DNA from: a virus
Lineage: Duplodnaviria > Caudoviricetes
Direction: 5' to 3' (one strand)
DNA length: 64,000 nt
Virus record (IMG/VR): IMGVR_UViG_3300031555_001562
The position numbers were made by a program, and so were the translations under genes. Below, in pieces: positions 22,250 to 30,832 of the stretch; position 1 is the stretch's first letter, and the number at the start of each line of letters is the position of its first letter. The notes under the pieces are model-generated. The model saw only the letters and a list, made by a program, of their open reading frames with translations. It was not told where the DNA came from and did not search any database.

Positions 22250-24361
22250 TTAGAACTTGATTCTCATAATTCTTTCGGTCTGACCCTTAACCTTAACGAC
22301 CAGATCGTTTCTCTTAGTGGAGCTGAAGCCTAGGCCGGACAGCTGATCTTCGACAGATTCAACAGCCATCTTACCGCCCAGAGCCTCAAAGACTCTCTTG
22401 TGCTGAACCAGCTCATTCTTCAGGAACTCGTTATAGAATCCGTTGGGATTTTCGGGATTCACGCAATCCTTCAGCATGAACATGTAGTGCTTGTGACCGA
22501 TGCCAGTCTGTTCATCCCAGTAGTTAGGAGAGAACATGACGACGGACACAGGGACGAACTGGTTGGTTTTCAGATTCCAGATATCAATGGGAGTCGTGTC
22601 ACATTCCATCATTTCCAGAATCTTGAACACGCCGTTCTTCAGTTCCAGCTTTGCAACAGTGACCCACTCCTTGTTTGCAAGGGGCTTTTCACGAACAAAC
22701 TGATAAACCTCACCGTTAAAGGCAAGCTCTGCCTTGAAACCACCATTGGTAGGAGTACGATGCCGCCAGTTATGAATCTTGAATGTGTAAATGCCATCTC
22801 TCAGCTTATCCATAGAGGGGAACGTAGTGTTCTCAACGGGAATGTAGCCAGCAGGAGCGGCAGCGGTATAGTCAACGTCCTGAATGCCACCAGAAGAAAC
22901 GTGTCTTCTGTGGTTCCAACCGACACGCTCACCGTTACCATAGTTATCATGAATCTCTCTGCCAGACTTATCATGACATTCAGGCTGATTGGAACCAGGC
23001 ATGAACACATGCAGATCCATAAGGGAAGCGTTACGCATACCGTCATAGTTCCAGCTGTGGGAGAATCTGAGTACACCATCTGTTCTGCCACCAGCTGCCT
23101 GTACTCTCTGGGTAATATCGCTGTCAGTGATGTTGCCAGAGTATGCCCAGGAGAAACCGTTATCCCACTTGAACATAGTAGGAGCGTCGGGATTCTTAGG
23201 AGCAATCAGAGAAACCATATTGGAAGCATGTCTGTTTTCCAGATATACTTCAACAGTCTTTGCGCTCGGCAAGACATCAGAAACGAACTTCTCAATGGAG
23301 ATTTCTTCGACTCGGCTGAACTTCTTTGCGGAGCTGGAAACCTGAGAAAGCATTTCATCGAACACGTCCATTCCTCCAGTAATCCGCTTTGCGGCATCTC
23401 TGTTAGAGAAAAGGATGTTGTTTACGTTGATGTCGTTCAGGGTTGCGAAACGTCTGCCAAGAGATTCCATGTAACCCAGAGCAGAGATGGTCTTCTTTGC
23501 ATCCTCCAGCATCTTCTTGGTGAAGATTGCCTTGGGACGCTTGTAGTTGGCAGGAGCAACGATCTTTTCATACTTCTTCACCGCAATATCCAGGTCTTCA
23601 CCATTGCTGATATCGATCAGCAGAGTACCGATACTGTGATTGCGGATTTTACCGATTGCCTCGCCAGCTGCCTTTGCATTCTCCCATGCGAAGTTGCTCT
23701 TTTCTTCATCGGGGAGCTTGTCGAAAGCACGCTTGTACTGGAGGAACTTGGTCAGAACTGCTTTCCATTCGGAGCCACGATACAGGGTGTTGGAAGCAAT
23801 CAGTTCCAGGACAGTCATGACCGCATCCTCGGTAATCTCGGTCAGTGAACGGTTGAACACGTTTCTCACATCTCTGAGAGAACCCTGGATATCACCGATA
23901 GATCTGCCGGAACGATCAACGAACTTGTCAGGAATGTTCAGGTAGAAATGATCCCACTTGATAGACTTAACGCCATCGATTCGCTCCCAGTTGGAGTCAA
24001 CGCCGACGTAATTCTCCTTGATGACGAAGAAATCCTTGACTGCTCGTTCTTTCAGGTAGGCATCCAGAGCATTGATAACAGTCTGGTAGGTTTCATCCCC
24101 CGTAGTGAAGTCCCACATGGTACGAACCTTATTGCCGCTGATAACAACAACATGACCGATGGCCTTGATGAAGTGTCTGCAACAGCTGCAATCATGTTCT
24201 CTGCGCTCCCGGAAGACTTCGTTGGTTCCACTGGGGAAGCTGTCGAGATACAGGTTCCAGAACTCGTCCTTATCGACAGTGACTTCAAACAGAGAATCGG
24301 CATTCTTTACCATCTCTGCGAAGTTTCTCTGGAACACCGCCTTGAATTCAGAAAAATTCAT
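22250..24361 (-). CDS. Large hypothetical phage protein (703 aa)
   Basis: Long ORF with HDCSCCRHF metal-binding motif and C-terminal SPNYW and QLSGLGFS segments; function unknown. Confidence 0.75.
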   Translation of the reverse strand: MNFSEFKAVFQRNFAEMVKNADSLFEVTVDKDEFWNLYLDSFPSGTNEVFRERREHDCSCCRHFIKAIGHVVVISGNKVRTMWDFTTGDETYQTVINALDAYLKERAVKDFFVIKENYVGVDSNWERIDGVKSIKWDHFYLNIPDKFVDRSGRSIGDIQGSLRDVRNVFNRSLTEITEDAVMTVLELIASNTLYRGSEWKAVLTKFLQYKRAFDKLPDEEKSNFAWENAKAAGEAIGKIRNHSIGTLLIDISNGEDLDIAVKKYEKIVAPANYKRPKAIFTKKMLEDAKKTISALGYMESLGRRFATLNDINVNNILFSNRDAAKRITGGMDVFDEMLSQVSSSAKKFSRVEEISIEKFVSDVLPSAKTVEVYLENRHASNMVSLIAPKNPDAPTMFKWDNGFSWAYSGNITDSDITQRVQAAGGRTDGVLRFSHSWNYDGMRNASLMDLHVFMPGSNQPECHDKSGREIHDNYGNGERVGWNHRRHVSSGGIQDVDYTAAAPAGYIPVENTTFPSMDKLRDGIYTFKIHNWRHRTPTNGGFKAELAFNGEVYQFVREKPLANKEWVTVAKLELKNGVFKILEMMECDTTPIDIWNLKTNQFVPVSVVMFSPNYWDEQTGIGHKHYMFMLKDCVNPENPNGFYNEFLKNELVQHKRVFEALGGKMAVESVEDQLSGLGFSSTKRNDLVVKVKGQTERIMRIKF

Positions 24362-24586
24362 ATTGTTTGCACTTCCTTGTTTTACTTCTTTTTTATCTTA
24401 GAGCGAATGAAATCGTAGATGATTACGATTGCAACCGCCATAATGATGAATGCCAGAATCGTACTGACCTTATAGAGCGAAATCATGATTGCACGAATCA
24501 TAATCAGTACCAGCGTTACCACGGCAACGATCAGCACAAATTTCAGTATTTTCTTGAAATCCATTTGGATCCCTCTTTCTTGTTGA

Positions 24587-24674
24587 TGGTGTGGCTGACG
24601 GGACTTGAACCCGTATGGTGTCAACCACCGGCAGATTTTAAGTCTGCTGCCTCTACCGATTTGACCACAGCCAC
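24587..24674 (-). tRNA. tRNA-Leu(TAA)
   Basis: Anticodon arm GCAGA-CTTAAAA-TCTGC, long variable arm, CCA. Confidence 0.92.
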
Positions 24675-24677
24675 ATA

Positions 24678-24754
24678 TGGTGGTTCCGTTCAGACTCGAA
24701 CTAAAGACTTTCCGGTTATGAGCCGGAGGCTCTAACCAACTGAGCTACGGAACC
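24678..24754 (-). tRNA. tRNA-CAT (Ile2 or elongator Met)
   Basis: Anticodon arm TCCGG-CTCATAA-CCGGA, CCA. Confidence 0.88.
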
Positions 24755-24912
24755 GTGTTTTGTGCAGTTCCCGATTAATTATCACATCATAGCTACAGAT
24801 TCAACCAATCCAGTACGATCAGCATCTTTTCACCATGCAGTTTTCATCGGGCATTGTCATTTTTTGTGAGGTGTCCTGCTCTCGCTCACATAGCAAGGTG
24901 CGACCTTGCCTC

Positions 24913-24989
24913 TGGTATGGGTGAAGGGACTCGAACCCCTGACCTATGACTTAGAAGGACATTGCTCTATCCATCTGAGCTACACCCAC
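24913..24989 (-). tRNA. tRNA-Arg(TCT)
   Basis: Anticodon loop CTTCTAA, T-loop GTTCGAGTCC, CCA. Confidence 0.9.
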
Positions 24990-24992
24990 ATA

Positions 24993-25076
24993 TGGTGCCG
25001 GTGAGGGGACTCGAACCCCTATGCTGTTGGCAGCGGAACCTAAATCCGCCGAGTCTACCAATTCCACCACACCGGC
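24993..25076 (-). tRNA. tRNA-Leu(TAG)
   Basis: Anticodon arm GCGGA-TTTAGGT-TCCGC, long variable arm, CCA. Confidence 0.92.
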
Positions 25077-25232
25077 CTATATAAACTGCAAAGACCTTTG
25101 CGAATTAACTTTGCAGATGGTTTTAATCGACACTAAAAAGAAAGGAGGTAAACAAGAAAAGATCGGTATGCAATATAGGAGGTGAAAACATGGAAGAAAA
25201 AGAGGGGTGTGTCGATAAGGTTTTGGTTGGAA

Positions 25233-25418
25233 TCAATTTGAATTACTCTTCCCGTAGAAGCCATCACACTTCACAACGAAGTTGCAGCTAAATCCTTCGG
25301 GATCTCTGACTAACTCTTCACCGCAGTCACATTTGTGGCCTTTCGCTGTGTACTCAGAGATTCGCATTGAGATTTCATGCTTCTTCCCACACTTGGGACA
25401 GATAAACTTGTATGTCAT
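25233..25418 (-). CDS. FmdB-like zinc-ribbon protein
   Basis: YKFICPKCG...CDCG...GFY pattern. Confidence 0.7.
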   Translation of the reverse strand: MTYKFICPKCGKKHEISMRISEYTAKGHKCDCGEELVRDPEGFSCNFVVKCDGFYGKSNSN

Positions 25419-25464
25419 GCGTTTTATCTTTCTTTGTTGGGTTGTCTTTGGTCTTGAAATGAAT

Positions 25465-25540
25465 GTCGGAAATCCAGGATTCTAAAAACAAATTTTCATC
25501 TTTTACATATGTAGTAGAAGGATGAATCCTGATAGCCGAC
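25465..25540 (-). ncRNA. AUCCUUCUA hairpin motif, copy 1
   Basis: GTCGG-CTAT-CAGGATTC-ATCCTTCTA-(loop)-GAATCCTG-GATTT-CCGAC. Confidence 0.8.
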
Positions 25541-25557
25541 TATATGAATGGGCATGA

Positions 25558-25700
25558 TCCGGAAATTGAAGTTTCTGTTCTTGTGTGATGCTCTACCAAT
25601 TGAGCTAAACGACAGGCGGCTATGCCGTAGCTGCCGTTGGTGGACTCGAACCACCGACACTCGCATTGCTTAACTAGAAGGATGAAACTTATAGGCCGGA
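25558..25700 (-). ncRNA. AUCCUUCUA hairpin motif, copy 2, containing a circularly permuted tRNA-like domain (Y RNA-like)
   Basis: TCCGG-CCTAT-AAGTTTC-ATCCTTCTA, then T-arm GGTGG-TTCGAGT-CCACC, AACGGCA/TGTCGTT acceptor stem closed by a linker, D-arm GCTC-AATTGGTA-GAGC, then GAAACTT-CAATTT-CCGGA. Confidence 0.8.
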
Positions 25701-25703
25701 ACA

Positions 25704-25780
25704 TGGCGGAAATTAAGAACTCGATCAACACTACAAATCCAAATTGTTTTTAATAGAAGGATGAGTTCTTATAGCCGCCA
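25704..25780 (-). ncRNA. AUCCUUCUA hairpin motif, copy 3
   Basis: TGGCGG-CTAT-AAGAACTC-ATCCTTCTA-(loop)-GAGTTCTT-AATTT-CCGCCA. Confidence 0.8.
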
Positions 25781-25801
25781 GTAGCTCCAAATCACGTTGT
25801 T

Positions 25802-25844
25802 ATTATAGCATACGCTTTGCTGTTTGTCAAGCACTTTGTTGCGT
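25802..25844 (-). promoter_or_regulatory. sigmaA-type promoter driving the three-copy RNA array
   Basis: TTGACA (25830-25), 17-nt spacer, TGcTATAAT (TATAAT at 25807-02); ACGCAACAAAG upstream. Confidence 0.85.
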
Positions 25845-25860
25845 TTTCTTTGGATTATTT

Positions 25861-28092
25861 TTAGATCAACTGACCCATGAAATAGTCGCAGTCAAGCGCA
25901 GTAACGATCTGACAATCCTTCGGCAGCTCAACGGTATGTTTATGCCCGGTAGCCTGATCCTGAATCTCAACATCGACAATCGGCTTCTCCGTGTCGTTGC
26001 TGAAGATTACATCAGCCTCTTCTCTGCTGGATACGATATTGCCTCTGGCCTTAGCGTTCAGCATAATCAGATCATACAGGTTGGGCTTATTCAGGTTCAC
26101 CATCGCATAACAAGTTGCGATAACGTTGTTCATGTTACTTTCCAGATTGATACCACCATAATGGCTACCAACGGAATTCATGGACAGATTCATATCGCAC
26201 CAGACGAACTTGCGCTCGTAGATATCGAAGATCACGGGGATCGCAACGGTGCTTTCTGCGTTCAGATCGATCTTCATCTCCACAGTGGAAGGTTCGAAGA
26301 TCTCGCCGGAGTTGACATCCTCACGCTCCATCCAACCAAAGCGGCAGTTTGGTATCTTGCCGAAATTGATATCACAGTAGCTATACACCTGGAACACAAT
26401 GTATCTTGCATCCAGATCATTTGCACGTTCGATGTCGATATCGATAAATTCAGCAGCACCAGCACCATCAGGTATTCCACCGTTTACAATGTCACCAGAA
26501 TGACACATATTAAACTTGTGGGAGCGCAGATTAGTATAGGAAACATGTTCCATATATCCCCAGTTTGCATCAAAGACGGTTGCGGACAAATCAATGTCTA
26601 CACTATCAGTCCAATCGTCTTCGCCAACATTCGTCCACCAGATAAATGCACGAACTGCGGTTGCGGCATCATTGACGGGAAGCTTGCTTCCACGAACAAC
26701 GATCTTGTTGGACTTGCTTGTGCTTCTCTGGCTGAAAGGCACGAGATAGTTCTTCATGCACTCGTCAATATAGACGTTGCCCATGAACTCACGTTCCTTA
26801 TACTGGCTCATCAGAGCATTGTCGCAGATCTTAACGATAGCATCACAATACTTCTGGTCAATGCCAGGAAGCTCGTTTTTCACATGCATAGCACGTGCCA
26901 GATTGCCCTTGGGGAAGAACACTCTGATAGGCGGCAGATTGTTGCGGTGGATGAAATGCTGTCTGACTTGCAAAAGAACATTGGTGGAAACATTTTCAGC
27001 GATGTTGTTGAAGCAGTTCACCACATAATTCTTGTTGTCAGAATCACGCAGAACCTTATCCAGCTGCCGTGCGAAGTCGCCAGGTCTGTACATCAGCAGA
27101 TCAGAAGCCAGCTTCATGTCGCCTCTCTTGATTGCACTCTGGATCTGTCCAGGCAAGAACATGGGCTTAGTGCCGTTGCGGAGATTGTCAAATGCCTTAT
27201 TGACATTTACATATCTCTTGCTCTTGTAAGTACCAGGATGCACAATCTCACCCACACGAATCCACTCGTACTGATAACGATACATATCCTCTAGGATATC
27301 ACCGCAGCCAGCAAGCAGATCCATTACCATGCGGCGCTCACAGCGTCTCATATGCTTGAATTGTGTTGTGCTTGCCAGACTGATATCGCCGCCGGAAATA
27401 GCCACAACGAATCTCAAAACATCAGTTGCAGTCTTGAAGTACTTCTGGATTGCCCCCGAATTCTTGATCGCTGCCTTATTTGCGATGATCTTTGCGACCA
27501 AAGCCACATTTTCCTTCAGAGGAATCTCATCTGGCAGATAATTGTAGAAATCTGCGTAGTTTTCTACGATTTTCTCAACGTCCTCCCGATCCTGGGGTGA
27601 AATAGACGTTTTGCTGCCCAAAATGTTCTGGAAAATGCCGAAAACATCGGTAACTTGCCCCAAAGATAAAACAGTCATTTTATCGGCATCAAACAGGGGC
27701 ATGCGCAGATCTTTTTCGTACTCAGGCATCAGAGTGCCGGAAGTTACGTAATGCACGATGGCATTGAAGAACAGCTCAATGTCGGATGCTTCCATGACTT
27801 GCTGAGGGAAGTTGGGATACATAGGATTGTACTCAACATCTGCTCCGACGAGCGCCTTCAGCTTAGGCAGAAGATCCTTGTAGAACTCTTCGATGTCAGG
27901 CTTGGTATATGTAAACAGAACATCCAAAACGTCACTGGAAAACACGAATCCAAGGGATGCAATGTTCTTCATCATGGCGGCGATCATGGCCTTTTCAGTT
28001 CTGCCCACTGCATTTTCATTCTGGTTCTTTGCGATGGTCAGCTTATGCTTTCTACGCAGCAGAACCTCGTCGATAGTATTGGTATAAGACAT
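25861..28092 (-). CDS. 743-aa protein: large helical N-terminal region plus C-terminal TerD-like domain (possible Ro60/TROVE analogue)
   Basis: C-terminal DIDLSA...HSGDIVNG...GAAEFIDID is TerD-like; N-terminal PMYPNFPQQV, TATDVLR and RPGDFARQLD. The Ro-like role is an inference from the flanking RNAs. Confidence 0.7.
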   Translation of the reverse strand: MSYTNTIDEVLLRRKHKLTIAKNQNENAVGRTEKAMIAAMMKNIASLGFVFSSDVLDVLFTYTKPDIEEFYKDLLPKLKALVGADVEYNPMYPNFPQQVMEASDIELFFNAIVHYVTSGTLMPEYEKDLRMPLFDADKMTVLSLGQVTDVFGIFQNILGSKTSISPQDREDVEKIVENYADFYNYLPDEIPLKENVALVAKIIANKAAIKNSGAIQKYFKTATDVLRFVVAISGGDISLASTTQFKHMRRCERRMVMDLLAGCGDILEDMYRYQYEWIRVGEIVHPGTYKSKRYVNVNKAFDNLRNGTKPMFLPGQIQSAIKRGDMKLASDLLMYRPGDFARQLDKVLRDSDNKNYVVNCFNNIAENVSTNVLLQVRQHFIHRNNLPPIRVFFPKGNLARAMHVKNELPGIDQKYCDAIVKICDNALMSQYKEREFMGNVYIDECMKNYLVPFSQRSTSKSNKIVVRGSKLPVNDAATAVRAFIWWTNVGEDDWTDSVDIDLSATVFDANWGYMEHVSYTNLRSHKFNMCHSGDIVNGGIPDGAGAAEFIDIDIERANDLDARYIVFQVYSYCDINFGKIPNCRFGWMEREDVNSGEIFEPSTVEMKIDLNAESTVAIPVIFDIYERKFVWCDMNLSMNSVGSHYGGINLESNMNNVIATCYAMVNLNKPNLYDLIMLNAKARGNIVSSREEADVIFSNDTEKPIVDVEIQDQATGHKHTVELPKDCQIVTALDCDYFMGQLI

Positions 28093-28112
28093 AGTAACTC
28101 TCCTTGTCTGTC

Positions 28113-28183
28113 CCGGAAATTATGGCAGCTGTAACCAAGTCATATTTTATATATAGAATAGAAGGATGCTGCCATATAGCCGG
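28113..28183 (-). ncRNA. AUCCUUCUA hairpin motif, copy 4 (5' UTR, just upstream of the RBS)
   Basis: CCGG-CTAT-ATGGCAGC-ATCCTTCTA-(loop)-GCTGCCAT-AATTT-CCGG. Confidence 0.8.
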
Positions 28184-28189
28184 TTGATT

Positions 28190-28268
28190 GCGGAAACTTT
28201 GAAATCGAAAAACAATCCACGTTTAATAGGAGTCGAACCTAAATAGAAGGATGATTTCAAATAGCCGC
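28190..28268 (-). ncRNA. AUCCUUCUA hairpin motif, copy 5, with internal T-loop hairpin
   Basis: GCGG-CTAT-TTGAAATC-ATCCTTCTA-TT-TAGG-TTCGACT-CCTA...GATTTCAA-AGTTT-CCGC. Confidence 0.8.
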
Positions 28269-28495
28269 TATACTAATTTACTTGTGATTGTTAGCTCGTA
28301 TCCAAACTCAAGCTTCTTCACGGTTATACTCAAGTCAGATATTAGGTCAAAAAGGTTGTTCAGCAAACGATGCAGATTTACATCCTAGCTTACACCATAC
28401 GTGATGGTCATTTCATCTGTTTCAATAGGTGTAGTACGTTCTTGATCTACGATCTTCTGATAGATCTTTCCAGTTGTAAAATCTGTCTTGTCCAT
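28268..28495 (-). pseudogene. 75-codon reading frame interrupted by an in-frame TAG at codon 37
   Basis: MDKTDFTTG...TYGVS*DVNLHRLL...ITSKLV*; the ATG has an RBS and starts 1 nt after the hydrolase stop codon. Confidence 0.4.
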
Positions 28496-28496
28496 A

Positions 28497-29363
28497 CTAA
28501 ACTTCCTTTCCGGTGATAAAGTCAATCATTTCTGTGTTGATCGATTGCGCTTCTTTTGTTTCCGGATAAAGCGCATTGAAAGCATGTTCAAACCCATCAT
28601 CGTCAAGATAAACGATGTCAAACGGATTTATGAACAAACCGTTGAAAAACATGTCTCTTGTATACTTATATTTGAAGTCATCTTTGGATGTAGAAAGAAT
28701 GCACCTTGGCATCAGGGAAATAACCATCTCCGGATGACTCAAATACCGATACAAATACTTGTATTTCTTCTTGCAGTCTTTGCCGTAGAAGAGACGGCTC
28801 ATAAACAGGCCAACATCATCAAATCTGGTTGTGTAGAACATTCCGCTCTGAAATGCAACACCCAGAATTTCTGGATCATCCGCCGATTGTTGAACTCCGA
28901 ATAATCTTGCGATACGCTCACTCTTTTGGCAAGCGATTGCATACATTGCCAGCAAAGCTCCGGCGCTGTCAGCCATTATGTAGAATTTCTTGTTTGATGG
29001 AACACGTCTTGAGACCTCACGCATGCCATTGACAACATCATGAACCTGATCCATCATAAGAACCTCTGGAACAAGACGATATTCAATTGCGCATACATCA
29101 AACCCCTGTTTTGCTACCCAGGCATTCAGCCATTGATTTTGTGCATTATCTCCCATAATAAGACCGCCACCATGAATATTAATCATTACACGGTCTGTCT
29201 CTGTTGGACATGCGAATTTATCAACAAACTGTCTTGGATGTTTGCCATAAGCAAATCGCCAAATGTCGATGTCAGTAACTTCTCCAAGTTCCTGAATACG
29301 CTTTGCGGTCTGCTTATCCAGTTCTTCTCTCTTTTGTGCTACGATTTTGTCTGCGAAACCCAT
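28497..29363 (-). CDS. Alpha/beta hydrolase (HSL-like esterase)
   Basis: HGGG oxyanion motif, YRLVPE, nucleophile ADSAG and C-terminal HAF. Confidence 0.88.
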   Translation of the reverse strand: MGFADKIVAQKREELDKQTAKRIQELGEVTDIDIWRFAYGKHPRQFVDKFACPTETDRVMINIHGGGLIMGDNAQNQWLNAWVAKQGFDVCAIEYRLVPEVLMMDQVHDVVNGMREVSRRVPSNKKFYIMADSAGALLAMYAIACQKSERIARLFGVQQSADDPEILGVAFQSGMFYTTRFDDVGLFMSRLFYGKDCKKKYKYLYRYLSHPEMVISLMPRCILSTSKDDFKYKYTRDMFFNGLFINPFDIVYLDDDGFEHAFNALYPETKEAQSINTEMIDFITGKEV

Positions 29364-29389
29364 AGATATGCTTCCTTATGTAAAATGTG

Positions 29390-29465
29390 TGGTGCGCCAG
29401 AAGGGATTCGAACCCCCGACCCACGCCTTAAAAGGGCGCTGCTCTACCAACTGAGCTACTGGCGC
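29390..29465 (-). tRNA. tRNA-Lys(TTT)
   Basis: Anticodon arm GCGCC-CTTTTAA-GGCGT, CCA. Confidence 0.93.
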
Positions 29466-29714
29466 ATATTTAGTTCTTGTAATCAATGATCTTATCAAAA
29501 TCCAGTGGATTATCTGCGACAGATAATTTCTCATATCCACCTGACACAACTAGCCAAAGAGTGAACTTCTCTTTGATTGGATTGTTTGTTATCAGATATT
29601 CTTTTCCGGACTTCGTTTTACAACCCGTTCTAGCTCCCGTCTCAGATGACGGAATAGATTTTACGATTGTTGACTTATCTGATTTCTTCTTTGCCAATTG
29701 AATTTCTCCCGTAT

Positions 29715-30420
29715 CTATGTAAAGGAACCTAACAGCGCAATCTACTGCCTTACACAGTTGCTTTTGCCCAATAGTGTTTTCAGTGCGTCGGACTCATTCG
29801 ACTGTACCCAGCTATCGCCAACAGCCAGCTATAGCCCCAAATATCTAACTTATTGGTCTCATGGTTACTGGTTTGTTCCACTCGCTTACTGGAAACCATT
29901 TTTCAGCTTGTGCCGGAGTCAGATCCGGCCTCGCTTACGCACATGGGCGAACCAACGAGCGTAGTCCAATATGTACGATCTCTCGCAATACTGCCTATGC
30001 GACGGCCTAGCTATCACCGCCATGTGGACTGTCCGCACGAGCATTTCGTCTACTTCGGGATGTCTCCCTCACGTCTAATACTCTAATCCCTTTGTGCAGC
30101 ACTATACTAAGATCGGATATGCTGCCGTTACCGAAATAGCTTTTCGGGCATCCCCAGGTAATTTCTAACCTTTTTTGGAATCTTTCACTCTTCCATCAGC
30201 ACGGTTTACCAACCCTGACAGACTCGCCATCTGCCGTACTCACATCTATGGGCGTAATCGATATATCCTATAAACATGATCCAATACGCACGATTTCTCG
30301 CAGTATTGCCTTTGCAAGCTCATGCACCTAGCGCTCGGCATCAGAACTTGTACCCTCGTCACCATCGACCTTTCGGTATGGCGCTCTCAGGAGGCTACCC
30401 TTTTGAGGCATGATTTAATC
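29715..30420 (-). ncRNA. Very large structured ncRNA candidate (~700 nt, possibly GOLLD-like)
   Basis: No credible minus-strand ORF; directly 3' of tRNA-Tyr; many hairpins and an internally duplicated module (29966-30002 vs 30280-30317). Confidence 0.55.
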
Positions 30421-30430
30421 TTCACTTATT

Positions 30431-30536
30431 TGGTGAGACAGGATAGGATTCGAACCTACGAAGCGTCTAACTACCTAGGATCCTGTGCGACGCACGGTTT
30501 TACAGACCGCCCGTTTGACCACTTCGGCACTGTCTC
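30431..30536 (-). tRNA. tRNA-Tyr(GTA) with oversized variable arm
   Basis: Anticodon arm GCGGT-CTGTAAA-ACCGT; variable arm GCGTC-(21 nt)-GACGC; 106 nt total. Confidence 0.85.
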
Positions 30537-30540
30537 ATAT

Positions 30541-30616
30541 TGGCAGGAGAGGAAGGATTCGAACCCTCGTTGATGATTTTGGAGACCATAGTCCTAGGCC
30601 ACTAAACGACTCTCCT
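30541..30616 (-). tRNA. tRNA-Trp(CCA)
   Basis: Anticodon arm ATGGT-CTCCAAA-ATCAT, GCCA end. Confidence 0.9.
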
Positions 30617-30620
30617 GTAT

Positions 30621-30706
30621 TGGCGGAACGCAGTGGACTCGAACCACATACCTTTCAGTACCAACCGATTAGCAGTCGGAGCCAGTACCTCACTGGTTTA
30701 CGTTCC
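30621..30706 (-). tRNA. tRNA-Ser(GCT)
   Basis: Anticodon loop CTGCTAA, long variable arm, GCCA end. Confidence 0.88.
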
Positions 30707-30709
30707 ATA

Positions 30710-30784
30710 TGGCTGCCCCGGCTGGTTTCGAACCAGCGAATACGAGAGTCAAAGTCTCGTGCCTTACCGCTTGGCTACGGGGCA
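30710..30784 (-). tRNA. tRNA-Gln(TTG)
   Basis: Anticodon arm CGAGA-CTTTGAC-TCTCG, U1-A72 pair, GCCA end. Confidence 0.93.
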
Positions 30785-30832
30785 ATATATACATTGCACC
30801 TACCCTCCCGATTCTCCAAGTAGGACATCCAC

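Noticed and set aside
24760-24910. Possible small structured RNA between tRNA-Arg and tRNA-CAT
   Set aside because: A few short helices (GCAAGGT/ACCTTGC, CCCGAT/ATCGGG) but not enough independent support to call.
25585-25665. Standard tRNA gene
   Set aside because: The halves are in permuted order with no anticodon loop or CCA; reported as a tRNA-like domain instead.
25465-25780. CRISPR array interpretation of the TAGAAGGATG repeats
   Set aside because: The conserved block is only ~10 nt, spacing is irregular, the flanks pair around the variable part, and no cas genes are present.
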